A DNA stretch of 62,507 nucleotides from Chiloscyllium plagiosum (taxonomy: Eukaryota). A model generated the notes under the pieces. The model was not told the origin of the DNA, ran no database searches, and was given only the letters and a program-made list of their open reading frames with translations. The first letter of the stretch is position 1, and each line of letters opens with the position of its first letter. The stretch is from assembly GCF_004010195.1 (NCBI RefSeq), contig NC_057711.1:75656020-75718526 (forward strand). Direction: 5' to 3'. Of this stretch, positions 26,530 through 38,527 are shown one piece after another. The translations under genes were made by a program, and so were the position numbers.

Positions 26530-26670
26530 GCAAAGGTTGTCCTGTGGAGGGGCGTGTGATTAAAGTGGACCCAACCATGTAGGAATGTGTAAGAGTTACT
26601 CTCCCTCTATCTGCTGTTGTGTGTGAAGGAACAGTCAGGTCAGCTGATGTCCTGTCTTTTACTTATTAAA
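26530..26670 (+). pseudogene. Inverted, decayed copy of TRPM6 exon 8 (pseudo-exon) in intron 7
   Basis: Plus strand reads TM*ECVRVTLPLSAVVCEGTVRSADVLSFTY versus exon 8 [31 protein letters not shown]; 75/93 ungapped identity by hand; TGG>TAG stop and a ~12-nt deletion. Confidence 0.9.
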
Positions 26671-27128
26671 TATCATCTAATTGCACTTGGAACTTTGGCA
26701 AACCTTCTTGTCAGAGGTAAGGTGTCTGGAATCAGCTTTGGCTTTACGTTTCACTGCACGTAATGTGTTGCAGCATGTATTAATGGTAAAGTAATGCAGG
26801 CTGGCCATGCACCAACTTGGCTCAATTATGGTGCTGCCATGTTCCATGTGCAGTGCTGCAGCGAATTCAGTACCTGTTGCCACAATGAAATGAAGTACGA
26901 GGCCAGGAAGGTCTGGCACAAACCACTAAACATCCTCCACGAGAAACCTCTAAAATAAATAAATAAAGCAGAGGACCAGCAACCTCAATTTTTCCACTCA
27001 GGAAATTGGATGTTCCTTAGGGCCAAAGGTCAATTAAACAGGTCTTTATACTCAGGTATTCTTTATGTACCCGGAAAGGGAAGGACTCGCCTTCTCCACA
27101 AACACGGTGATTGTCAGCTTATACTTAC

Positions 27129-27300
27129 GAGTATGGATTCTTTGAAGTGCAATATATTTTTCCAGCTTCCTTCTCAGCTTCATTTCATTCCCATATTTGC
27201 CAACGGTTCCATCATCTACTAGGATGAAGTGCGAGTGCTTGCTGTTTAAACTGGTCAGCTTGCTCAATGGGTTACCAAGCGTATGATAGGGTCGCACTAC
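27129..27300 (-). CDS. TRPM6: TRPM6 exon 7 equivalent (172 nt): [57 protein letters not shown](R)
   Basis: ORF 27052..27297; ctcag| acceptor and |gtaagt donor; [11 protein letters not shown] distinguishes TRPM6 from TRPM7 (GKYGAEV). Confidence 0.97.
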
Positions 27301-27459
27301 CTGAGGAAATCATGTATACAAGCTTCTTTAAAACATTATGAAAATGTTAGTCTTTTACTCCTTATAAACAGTACCTGCAAAAATAAAGAAGACATTTGAT
27401 AACACATAACAAGCCATGTTGAACAATTTATCTATCTACTGATATTTGCTTTCAGGGTT

Positions 27460-27645
27460 AGAATATAATCCCTACAGTGTGGAAACAGGCCATTTGGCCC
27501 AACAGCTCTGAAGAGTAAACCACCCACACCCATTTTCCTACCTATCATTCTACATTTACCCTTGACTAAGGCATCTAACTTACACATCCCTGAACACTAT
27601 AGGCAATTTAGCATGGCCAATTTGCTTAACCTGCATATCTTTGGG
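27460..27645 (-). mobile_element. SINE 3' half
   Basis: cctacagtgtggaaacaggcc...caatttagcatggccaa is the reverse complement of the 47560-47720 family tail. Confidence 0.75.
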
Positions 27646-27769
27646 TACCTGTCTGTTAGTTGACAAAACATTTAACTAAAATGTTCGCCTAAACAATTTT
27701 ATGATGCAAGTATTTTAAATACAGAACTTCCACATAGTTGTTAGATCCTGTTTGTGGTAGGAGGTAGTA

Positions 27770-29280
27770 GAGAACCAACAAGAGGGAAAAAAATCTACTT
27801 GATATTGTCCTCACCAAACTACCTGTCACAGACAGTGAAGATAGGAGTGACCACTGCACAGCCCTTATAGAGAACAAGTTACATCTTCATGTTGAGGAAT
27901 CCCTGCACCATGTTGTGAGGCATTACCATTGTGTTAAATGGGAAGTTTTTGAACAGATCTAGCAACTCAAGACTGAGCATTCAGGAGGCATTGTGGGCAT
28001 CAGCAATAGCAGAATTGTATTTGACCACAATCTGTAAACTCAAGGCCTGACTTGTCTCCCATCCTGTGATTACAATTACACTGAAGGATTAATTTTTATT
28101 TCATGTAGAGTCCAAGGCGGCATACCGGGAGCAGCACCAGGCATAACTGAAAATGAGGTGTCAACTTGGTGAAGCTACAACACAGGATTAACTGTATGGT
28201 AAACAAGTGGCATGTGATAGAGCTAGTTCCTCCCACCCTCTGGGAAGAAAAATCCCAGCCCATCAAGCCTCTCCTTGTAACCTCAGTAACATTCTTCTAA
28301 ATCTTTTTGGCAACCTTTCCAGTTTAGTAACATCCTTCCTATAGCAGGGTGACTAGAATTGTACACAGTATTCCAAATGTGGCCTTACCAATGTCTTCTC
28401 CAGTGGTAACATGGTATCCCAACTCCCAAGTAGATTTCTTCCCTCTTGGTGGTTCTCTATTACCTCCTACCACAAACAGAATCTAACAACTATGTCCTTT
28501 AGGACTTGAACATTTCAGTCAGTATTAGTTCTTCCAAGCTTCTCTTGAGTGATGGACATTGAAATCCCCACCCAAAGAGCATTCTGTGCCCTTGCCATTC
28601 TCAGTGCTTATTCCTATCAGTGTTCAACATGCAGAAATACTAATTTATCTGTTATGGGGTGAGGGTAGAAGCTGGTAATCACCAGAATATTTCGTTGTCC
28701 TTGTTTTACCTGGTGCTGGGAGACTCATGAAGTCCAGAGTCAATTTCAATAACTCATAGGTAGCTCCCCAATTCCCAAACTCTGGTGGACTTGTCCTGCT
28801 CAGGATGGTGATGCTTGGATGAGTGTGGCTAGATCATGCTGTTGCTTGACTAGTCTGATGGACAGTTGTCCTAATTTTGGAACAAACAAAATACTCACAG
28901 GATAGTGAGAAACACTTGGCAGTGTCAACAGGATTGAGTTTGCGATTGTCACTTCCCAGTGCCTGAGCCAATGTCCTGCAGTCCTTTTATATTTCATTGT
29001 GGTTTGATACAACTAAATTGATAGGCCATCTCAGAGGGCAGTTACAATGCTGTGGTCTGGAGCCATATGCAGGCCAGAATAGGTAAAGACAGCAGATCAC
29101 CTCAGTGAACCAGACGGGCTTTTCCAATGGTTACATGGTCACCATCAGAATAGATTTTAATTCCAGGTTTGTTAAATAAGTTCAAATTGCACCATCAGCC
29201 ATGGTGGAATTTGAAGCCACTTTAGTAACCTGGATCACAGATTTACAAGCCTGCAACATCACCATTAACCATTGCCTTCA
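27770..29280 (-). mobile_element. Decayed LINE fragments with nested CR1 piece (~28245-28430)
   Basis: Similar in reverse to 12520-13370; nested piece matches the CR1 RT region. Confidence 0.55.
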
Positions 29281-29346
29281 CTAGAGTGAAACACTAATGC
29301 TGTTCTGTTATTTGAGATGGAAAGTTTTGATTAGTTAGTTACTTAC

Positions 29347-29471
29347 ATCTTGTCCGATCAAATCTCGGTGGTTTTCAATGACTCCCCAGGGTGTAATCCC
29401 GATTATGCAGATCTTTCGTAAATATGGGGAGGTATGGTCTTTTATCGCATCTCCAACATGTCTAGAAGTTC
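29347..29471 (-). CDS. TRPM6: TRPM6 exon 6 equivalent (125 nt): (G)[41 protein letters not shown]
   Basis: Inside ORF 29335..29550; attag| acceptor and |gtaagt donor. Confidence 0.96.
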
Positions 29472-29499
29472 CTAATTTCAAAAGAAGTAACCCTATGTT

Positions 29500-29545
29500 A
29501 ATTATACTGTATATATAAATATATATATATGAGAGAGAGAGAGAA
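29500..29545. repeat. (TA)n(GA)n microsatellite just upstream of the exon 6 acceptor
   Basis: atatataaatatatatatatgagagagagagagaaaa. Confidence 0.9.
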
Positions 29546-29719
29546 AACATGAATACTGTTGCTGTTTAATTTAATTGAAAATCATTAACCAGACAATAAC
29601 AATTTGCATATAGTTACAGCTTGTAATGTCATAGAAATACCCAAAGAACTGCATCAGGCTATTGTAAACAACATTTTGTGCTCAGCCAGTAGGAGATATT
29701 GGGATAAATGACCAAATAA

Positions 29720-31740
29720 CTTGTGGTTCCTGCAGGACAACTGGAGGAGCAGTGGGGGGTAAAGTCAATCCTGAGATCTGCAAGTTGCATGAAGAGACTG
29801 GGCTTCAATACAAACAGAAGCAGGTCCAGAAGCAACAAAAGGCATAGGTGGATGGCTGTCTAGTAAATACTAAAATGTTAATTTTTGATCTTTGCAATGG
29901 GGAGATTTTATTGTGTCAGTATCAGAGTTAAATGTACATAACTTAAAATTAGTTAATAAATTCTTAAACACTAATTAAATTCATTTACATAAATCCTAAT
30001 AAGTCTTTATTTCTGTTCAGTTTATTGACTTCATAAAGGTTCCATCCTGCAATGCACAATCCCACTCCACTTGGGAGCTTCATATTCAGATGTATCACCA
30101 ACTGGAGGAGTTTGAGCAGCAGTTCTTTTCACTGTGGTACGTTCTCAAGGCTGAGACCTACGCAGATTCTGAGTTTCTAGAGGTGGTCACCCCACACGTT
30201 AAAGGCACACAGGCCAAGATAGTATGGTAGCCACCAAAGGAGGGCAAAGAAAGCAGTGCAGACATTCTCTGAATCCATCTTGCTTTATGATAAGTACTCC
30301 GTTTCTTAAATTCATTCAAGGGATATGGACAGCACTGGCTAGGCCAGCATTTATTGCCCAACCCTAATTGCCTAGAGGGCAGTTCAGAATCAATCATATT
30401 GTGGGCCTGGAGTTCCTAATTTCCTTTTCCTAAAGGATAGTGGTGAACAATGGGTTTTACAAAAATTGATAGCAGTTACATTTAACTTCAGATGTAGTTT
30501 TTTTTTAAATCCTGATTTTATTTTGTTATTGAATTCAATTTTCACCATGTACCATGGAAGGATTCAAACCCATATCCCCAGAACATTAGCCTGAAATTCC
30601 AGATTAATAATCCAGTGATATTACCACTATTCCACTGCCTCCACTCAGAACATTGTTGTGAGTGATGGTTCATCTGTGGACTACAGCCAGAGCTAAGTTC
30701 ACAGGTCCACTGTAGGTGAATTAACTGTCCAGATGCGATGGCATAGAGTATTTTAGGAAAGTAAAATTGGTGGAGGATTCTTTAATTAGTTAGAGATATA
30801 GATAGATCATGAATCCAGGATGCTATGTTGCCTCCTTCTGCCAAGGGCAAGGTGGTTACCAAGTGGTTGCTCAGCATTCTGACAGAAGGAGATAGACAGC
30901 TGGAGATTGTGGCCCATATTGGTAGGTAGAAAGAGGGAAAAGGACTTACAGGCAGATTTCAAGGAGCTAGGAAGGAGACTAGCAAGCAAAATATCAAAAG
31001 TAGTAATCTTTGGTTATTCCCAGTGTTACATACTAGTGAATACAGTAATACCAGGGCAAATTGATGAATGCATGACTAAGGAAATAATAGGGGAGGGAGG
31101 GCATAAAGGTTTGAGGAAGATAGAAAGTGCATCTGCTTCAATGTACATTCTTCATGAAATGATATTGGTGAACTGCAGATATCCACACTGAAATATGATC
31201 TCAAGGGTCACTGAACTCTTCTATTATTCTATTTCTCTCTCCAGAAGTGCTGCCAGATCTGCTGAGTTTCTCATGCAATTTCTGTTTTTGGTTTTTGAAA
31301 ATGTGATGTTGTGGTGACATTGGAGATCTAGCTCAAAAAGGACAAGACTGGGTGCTAAATATACCTGGATACAAGGTGTTCAGGATTGCCAGGAAGGAGG
31401 AGTGGCAGAGCTTAATAAGGAGCAAGTTAGTGTGTTTGAGACCGAGGATGTCTAGGAGGGGTCAAGGACCAAGTGTTTTAGGTTGGAGTTAAGAAACATG
31501 GAGATGCCAATGAATTACTGGATATGTTCTATATGTGACCAACTAGAGAACTGTAGAGCAGCAAATTTATTGGAAAATTACAGAGTTATGAAGAAAATAA
31601 TAGAGTAGTTAAAGTGGGTGACTTTAATTATTCTACTATAAATTGGTATGAAAACAGTGTAAATGATTGAGAGGGAAAGGAGTTTCTGTAGTATGTATCT
31701 CTTCATCATTATATTTCCAACTAATCAGGAAGGAGGGATG
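29720..31740 (+). mobile_element. Old CR1 5' region (SGNH-like ORF1 and endonuclease remnants), interrupted by a SINE-like insert ~30305-30640
   Basis: ORF 30907..31191 LQADFKELGRRLASKISKVVI; downstream ggaggagtggca and gtgggtgactttaatta (VGDFN) endonuclease motifs. Confidence 0.6.
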
Positions 31741-32494
31741 GAAGGTGTTGGATTCTCTTTTGTTTGAAGATGGCCATTGCCTGGCATTTGAATGGTGTCA
31801 ATGTTGTTATTTTATGTCCCAGGTAGCTACCTAGACTGTCATAGCAAAGAACCCCAGCATTTTGGTTCTACCTCTATCACATGGACAAATATAAGAAGAT
31901 AAGTCACTACCACCACAACTACCTTCCCAAGGGCAATTACGAATGGGCAATAAATGCTGAACAAACTAGTAATGTCTCCATCCATAACCAAACAAAATAA
32001 AATTCTGCCTAATTGATGCCTAACATTTTATCTCAAAATGGGCAATGAAAAAGAGTCAAAATGCATCTGAATGTCAAACTGAATGTTTGAGAACACCCAT
32101 TGTAAAAGCCTAACATTATAGAAGACAGAACTTTAAGTCAACAGAGGATATTATTATCAGAGATCTGTCTTACCATTACACCTCATATACTACATCTTGA
32201 ATTAGGTCTCATCTCCCATAACTTTTAATTTCTATACTATCTTTTTGTAATATGGAAAACAATTGGCTATGTCTTCCTCTGTCCACATGACTACGTAAAT
32301 GAGTAAAAAATTCTCATAGATTTTCAGATAAATAGATAAAATATGAATCATTACCTTGAAACACACCAACTCTGAAAATTTACAAAATTACGACACAAGC
32401 AAATCGAAGAGTTTCTTCATATTTGTTAAGTAATCAAACAGTTCTGGCTTTCAAAAATCTGAACCTCAAAAGTGATCAACAGAATTCAACCTAC

Positions 32495-32708
32495 CTGTGT
32501 TGATGCCCTCCGTCACTATCCAGGCCCCTGTAGTCTCAGCTGCTTTGATAAGTCCTTTCCCAAAGATTAGTTTCAGCTTTGGAGGAAGTTCAAAGTTCTG
32601 GCTACCACCATGGACAGATATTAACAGCTTTGGTAGTTCCATCAGCCATTCCTTCAACATCAAGTAAAGCAACTGGTGCAGTTCTGTGTCATATGAGACT
32701 CTAATATA
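32495..32708 (-). CDS. TRPM6: TRPM6 exon 5 equivalent (214 nt): [35 protein letters not shown]...[17 protein letters not shown](G)
   Basis: Inside ORF 32466..32750; ttcag| acceptor and G|gtagg donor; [18 protein letters not shown] is TRPM6-type. Confidence 0.97.
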
Positions 32709-33151
32709 CTGAAGAGAATTCAGAGTGAATACAAAGTAAAGTATCATCAATGTGTTGTTAGGAAAATCTCCCCAGTTATCGAACTAATTATGTTGTCTTA
32801 TGACATCTTTGGCGGAAACTATTTGGAAAACATAACAACAAGCATCCACATAAATATTCTACCAAAGGCTGGAATATGGACAGAAAAATAATTTATCTTT
32901 CTTTAAAGAGTTGATTGTTTGCAAATTTTCTAAACTTTGTGTAAGCATTAAAACCAAAAGCAAAACCAATCGAAAATGGCAAAAGCAAATCTTTCAGTAC
33001 ACAGGCATGCTGCACCACCAAGCTCATGCTCGCTGGCTGACAAGTTGAAATTGCTGCTGTGGGAGATGGATGTTGTTTAAGTGGATCATCCCCGAAGGCA
33101 GTAATGCCCCAAGCCCAAACAACAGTAGCATGTAGTAGCAACCATAGTCCC

Positions 33152-33222
33152 AGAGAGAGAGAGGTGGGGGATTGGGGGGGGGGGGGGGGGGGGGGGTGAG
33201 GGGAGGGAGAGAGAAAGAGAGA
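33152..33222. repeat. Poly-G tract with GA repeats
   Basis: Run of about 22 G at ~33175-33196 flanked by gagaga. Confidence 0.9.
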
Positions 33223-33939
33223 CACACAACTGCTCATGAGTTTAACTCTAAGGGGCACTATACCTCAGGGAAGGGGCAAGATTGAGAAGGCAGGATTGTC
33301 ACAGCAATGAGAGTCAGCATGGCAATTGAACCCCTGCTGTTAGTATCACTCCACATCACAAAGCAGCCAACTGAGCTAACCAACCCCACATGAGTGTGTA
33401 GCAAGTAATTAGTACAAGTATTTAAGTCCCAAAAAATTATTTATGAATCTATTCTGGACTTGCCTGCTCTTCCAAATTTGATTTATCACATTATGTCACA
33501 GCTCTTACCAAGATATATTACTGTACATTATAAGATGGATTAAATTAATTATATTATAATAAAAATATTACATTGATAAATTATTGATGACAAAGCAGCA
33601 CATATTGTCAAAGGGATTGCTGCATCAGTAAGCAGTATCCATCTGGCTTTATGGGCTCTACAAGATCCCTCCAAAATGATCACATACAGCAAACATTCTA
33701 ACTAACAACTGCTGTTACGTAGCAAAGTTGCAGCTGCAACTAGAAGCAAGGAATACTTTGTGAAGCTTTCAGAGGCTTAGTGTACCCATGCAGAGATGAT
33801 GGTGGAGCCCATCCAGGTCCTGAATGTTGTCAATGCCTTTGACAGGTGTGTGCATGATGTCCTCTATGAAGAGCCTGAACCAACAGACCAGTTAGTGGAT
33901 TGTGGCAATACTCTCCGTCCCATATGTTTTAAAATTCTA

Positions 33940-35600
33940 TTCACAGGATGTGACAGTTGCTGAATAGGCAAGCATTTAATGCCCTCAAGAATGGTCATGA
34001 ACTACTTTCTGGAGCTGCTGCAGTTCAGATAGCGTTGCGATTTCCACAGAGCTGTCAGCAAGAGAACTTCAGAATGTTCACCCAGTGACAATGAAGCAAT
34101 GACAATATAGTTCCAAATCAGGGTGATTTGTGTCTTTGAGGAGAGCCTGCAGGTTCTGAAGTTGCACTTGTTCCACTTGTCCATCTAGGTAGTTGGGGTT
34201 ATGGGTAGGGAAGGTACTGCAGAAGGAACCTTGGTGTGTTGCTGCAGTATATCTTATAAATGATACTCACTGCTGCCACTGCTGTCAGATACTAACCTGA
34301 GGAACTTCTTACAGATATGTGATGGAGCTGAAATAACTAACCTCCAACAATCACAACCATTCTCGCCCTAGTTATGATTTTAAGTAACAGAAAATTTTGC
34401 ATGGATGACAAGGGTAGTTAATCTCACCTCACCTCTTGAGATCAGCTCAAGAATTGCTCTGGTGGAACTCAGACTGCTGAGGACACCCTCCATCACTTTG
34501 GCCAAGACTATGATCATATTGAACAGTAATTGGCCATTTTGCAATTATCCAGCTTCTTGGGTATGAGAACATACTGAGGCAAATTTCAACATTGCTGGGT
34601 ATATGCCAATGTTGTAGCTGTTCTAGAAGAACTTGGCTAGAGACAGAGCTAGTCCTGGAGCACAAATTTTCACTATTATTGCTGAAATGTTGTCAAGTCC
34701 AATTGCCTTTACAGCATCCAATGTCTTCTGCCATTTCTTTACAGCTCGTCAAGTGAATCAAATTGACAGAAGATTGATACCTGTGAAGCTGGGGATCTAA
34801 GGAAGAGGCCCAAATGGTCATCCACTTTCTGAATGATGCTGGTTACAAATGCTTCAGCCTTGTCTCTTGCACTTCAGGAATGGGGTGGTCCAGTAGTATT
34901 AATGCTGGACTATAGTCCAGACACACTGGTAAAGTTTTGGGGAGCCAGGTTTGAATCCTGCCATGACAGGTAGTGGAATCTGAATTCAGTAAAACTCTGG
35001 GTGTAATGAAAAATAAAAGCATTATTAACTGTTAGGGGAAAAAACCCATCTACCTTTTAGAGAAGGAAACTACCATCCTTATCTAGTCTGGCCTACACGT
35101 GACTCCAGACCCACAGCAATGTGGTTGATGCTTAAGTGCCCTCTGGGCAATTAGAGATGGGCAATAAATGCTGGCCAGGCAGGTGATGCCCACATCCCAT
35201 GAATAAATAAAAATAAAATGATGCACTGGACTACGTGATCATTAAGGATGAGGATATTTGTGTAGCCACCTCCTCTGGTTTGTGGTTTAATTGTCCACCA
35301 CCATTCGTGACTGGATTTTTTTTCTGGTGGCAGAGATTTGACTTGATCCATAATTGAGGGATTGTTTAGTTCTGTCTATTATATGCATCCGTTGTTCGAC
35401 ATACAAATAATGCTGAGTTGCAGCCTCAAAAGTTTGAGATCATATGTTTAGATATGTCTGTAGTTTTCCTGGCTGGCCTTTCCACAGTCTTCACTGAATC
35501 AGGGTCAGTTCCCTGGTTTGGCAATAGTTCCAGAGTGAGGGATATGTCAGGCTATGGAATGACAGATTATGGCTGAATACAATTCTGCAGCAGCTGTTGG
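33940..35600 (-). mobile_element. Decayed CR1/L2-group LINE with SINE-like insert (~34880-35210, plus strand)
   Basis: Same family as 15650-17290 (ttggtgtgttgctgcagt, aattggccattttgcaattatccag). Confidence 0.6.
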
Positions 35601-37163
35601 CTTCATATATTCATACCACCAGATTCTCATCTTATTCACTAAAACCCTTCAGGGAGGGCAATCTATTTCCTTACCTGGTCTGGGCTACATGTGACTTCAG
35701 ACCCACCGTAATGTTATTAACTCTTAAATAATCTCTAAAATAGCTTAGCAAGCTATTCAGTTCAAGGGGCCTTAGAACCACTCTGCTCCTCAGCCCCTCA
35801 ATTGGTTCCTATATAACTGGACAATGTAGTGTAAAGTGGGAGCAAGATTGATAAAAGGGATTAAAGTCTTCTTTGCAAACTTTTGAAAAGCGCAAACAGG
35901 TCACATGAACACTACATCCTGAATCTCCCTTGTTTCCACGTCTTCGAAATTCATTAACCACCAGGAATCTCATTCTGTCCTGCAGTGAGACACATTTATC
36001 ATTCATGGAGAGCAACAAATTCACTATCTCTGCTGTCTCAACATCTGGAGATACCTGAGCTTCAGGCAGGACAGTTGAGTGACCTTCTTGGCCCTTCTCC
36101 AACCTGCCCTCTCTGAGGCTGGTCCTCTTGCTGGTCCTGAGATTTCTGATGTGGCTTCATCAGTGCCTGGATTACCCTCCTTTTGAGATAACCCTCCTAC
36201 AAGTGTTTAGGTGAATGAAGCTCTGTAGAGTTACTGGATAAAAGACACTAATAGAAAATATTAATACAGATAACCAATGTTATCCACAGGGGCTTTGGGC
36301 ATGGACCTGCACCAAATAACTACATCACAAATTGCACGACAATAGAAATCCTTTACCTACCGCAAAGGACCACACAATCCATCAGACCTTGTCAGTTAGG
36401 GGGAAAAAGAATTGGGTCTGGGGAAACCTTCCGAGAATACAGGTAGCAAATCCACAATGTAACAAGGAGAGCACGTGGACCATGTTTTGGGACATGTAAA
36501 AACAAACGTGTCAAACTGCATATATAATTACTGTTGCCCCTCCACCAGAAAAATTATTCCAACAATTCATTTATAGCTACATTTTACATCTGGTTTGACC
36601 ATTGTACAGAATACTTTCTGCATCAGAACTCCCAAAAATATCTGCATTGAAGAGCTAAGTAACTATATTTATTCCTCCATCAGAAATTTTAGAGGAAAAC
36701 AACTGTAATAAATGCACAGGACTAAAAGAAAATGGGGAGCACACTTGCTCCTTCTGGCCCACAGGAAAATCTGAAGTTATACCTTAAAACTTACCTATGT
36801 CTCCTAGCCCACAGTCTAGCCCCCTTGCCTAAAGGGGAAGCCAATCCCACATGCCAGATATTGCCGCCATCTCAAACTATTTGTGTCAGAGAAGATGCAG
36901 GATTTTTTTATTGTTTCACACCCACCAATGCAAAAGAACAGGTTCAATTTGAAATATAAAGAAAGGCAAGTCAATGGAGGGGGTAACTAACTGCCCTAAG
37001 GTTAACTGCCTCCCTACCTTAACTAGAGTTGATTCATTAAAATCTGAATCAGTGAGTTATTTGCATAATTTGAATATATTTGTATGGGAGCATTACGTGC
37101 TAATGAGAGTTGTTAGCAAGTTGACTGGTTCCAGGCACTGTGTGACTGTGAAATGCAACCAAC

Positions 37164-37344
37164 CTTAGCACGGTAGGAATAAGCGCCATCCTGGAAGTCT
37201 ATGGTACCAAAAGAATCAGTTGGACTTGCTATGGTGTGATTCTCAATGCACCACTCCTCCTCTCCATCATCATGAGCTGATAAATAGACTGGTAACTTGT
37301 TATCTAAGCCAGGGTGATCGCCAACCAGCCGTCCACAGCAGCAC
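37164..37344 (-). CDS. TRPM6: TRPM6 exon 4 equivalent (181 nt): CCCGRLVGDHPGLDNKLPVYLSAHDDGEEEWCIENHTIASPTDSFGTIDFQDGAYSYRAK
   Basis: Inside ORF 37113..37361; acacag| acceptor and AAG|gttggt donor; SPTDxFGTIxFQDG is TRPM6-type. Confidence 0.95.
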
Positions 37345-37719
37345 CTGTGTTCAAAGTACAAAAATCAAACTCACCTTTGTTTTATTTTGAATGATGAAAC
37401 TTCAAAGATTCCAACAGTTGCTAAAGTCTAATTATTGTGAATATTTCTTACAACGTAAGCTCACCAGTCCAGTTTGCTTGATCCCAAGTGACTGTTGGAT
37501 TCTGGATTCTTTTGGATTATACTGTGGTGTTACAATACCTAACCAAAAGTTTAAGAACTGGAAAGCAATGCTGCTATATGTATCTTTAACAAAAACATTA
37601 ACAATGATAAAACATTATAATTCAGTAATAAAAATGTTTTATTTATCCAAACCCAACTGCTTATTTCATTCATTGAGCATCTTTCTACTCCCAAAGTACA
37701 GGATGCTACAAGTCTTCTC

Positions 37720-38527
37720 ATAATCATCGAGTCACAGAGATGTACAGCATGGAAACAGACCCTTCGGTCCAACCCATCCATGCCGACCAGATATCCCAAC
37801 CCAATCTAGTCCTACCTGCTAGCACCCGGCCCATATGCCTCCAAACCCTTTCTATTCATATACCTATCCAAATGCCTTTTAAATGTTGCAATTGTACCAG
37901 TCTCCACCACTTCCTCTGGCAGCTCATTCCATACACGTACTACCGTCTGTGTGAAAAAGTTGCCCTTTAGGTGTCTTTTATATCTTTCCCCTCTCACCCT
38001 AAACCTATGCCCTCTAGTTCTGGACTCCCCCACCCCAGGGAAAAGACTTTGCCTATTTATCCTGACCATGCCCCTCATGATTTTGTAAACCTCTATAAGG
38101 TCACCCCTCAGCCTCCGACNNNNNNNNNNNNNNNNNNNNNNNNNNNNNNNNNNNNNNNNNNNNNNNNNNNNNNNNNNNNNNNNCCAAAATGCAGCACCTC
38201 GCATTTATCTGAATTAAACTCCATCTGCCACTTCTCAGCCCATTGGCCCATCTGATCAAGATCCTGTTGTAATCTGAGGTAACCTTCTTCGCTGTCCACT
38301 ACACCTCCAATTTTGGCATCATCAGAAAACTTACTAACTGTACCTCTTATGCTCACATCCAAATCATTTATGTGAATGACAAAAAGAAGTGGACCTAGCA
38401 CCGATCCTTGTGGCACTCCACTGGTCACAGGCCTCCAATCTGAAAACCCTCCACCATCACCCTCTGTCTTCTACCTTTGAGCCAGTTCTGTATCCAAACG
38501 GCTCGTTCTCCCTGCATTCCATAAGAT
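37720..38527 (-). mobile_element. 5'-truncated CR1 LINE with an internal N gap
   Basis: ORFs 38108..38428 (SGVPQGSVLGPLLFVIHINDLD) and 37812..38204 (RRLRGDLIEVYKIM...VWNELPEEVV). Confidence 0.93.

Noticed and set aside
27301..29346. miR-204/211 hairpin as in TRPM1/TRPM3 introns
   Set aside because: No match to UUCCCUUUGUCAUCCU seen by eye; the interval is SINE/LINE debris.
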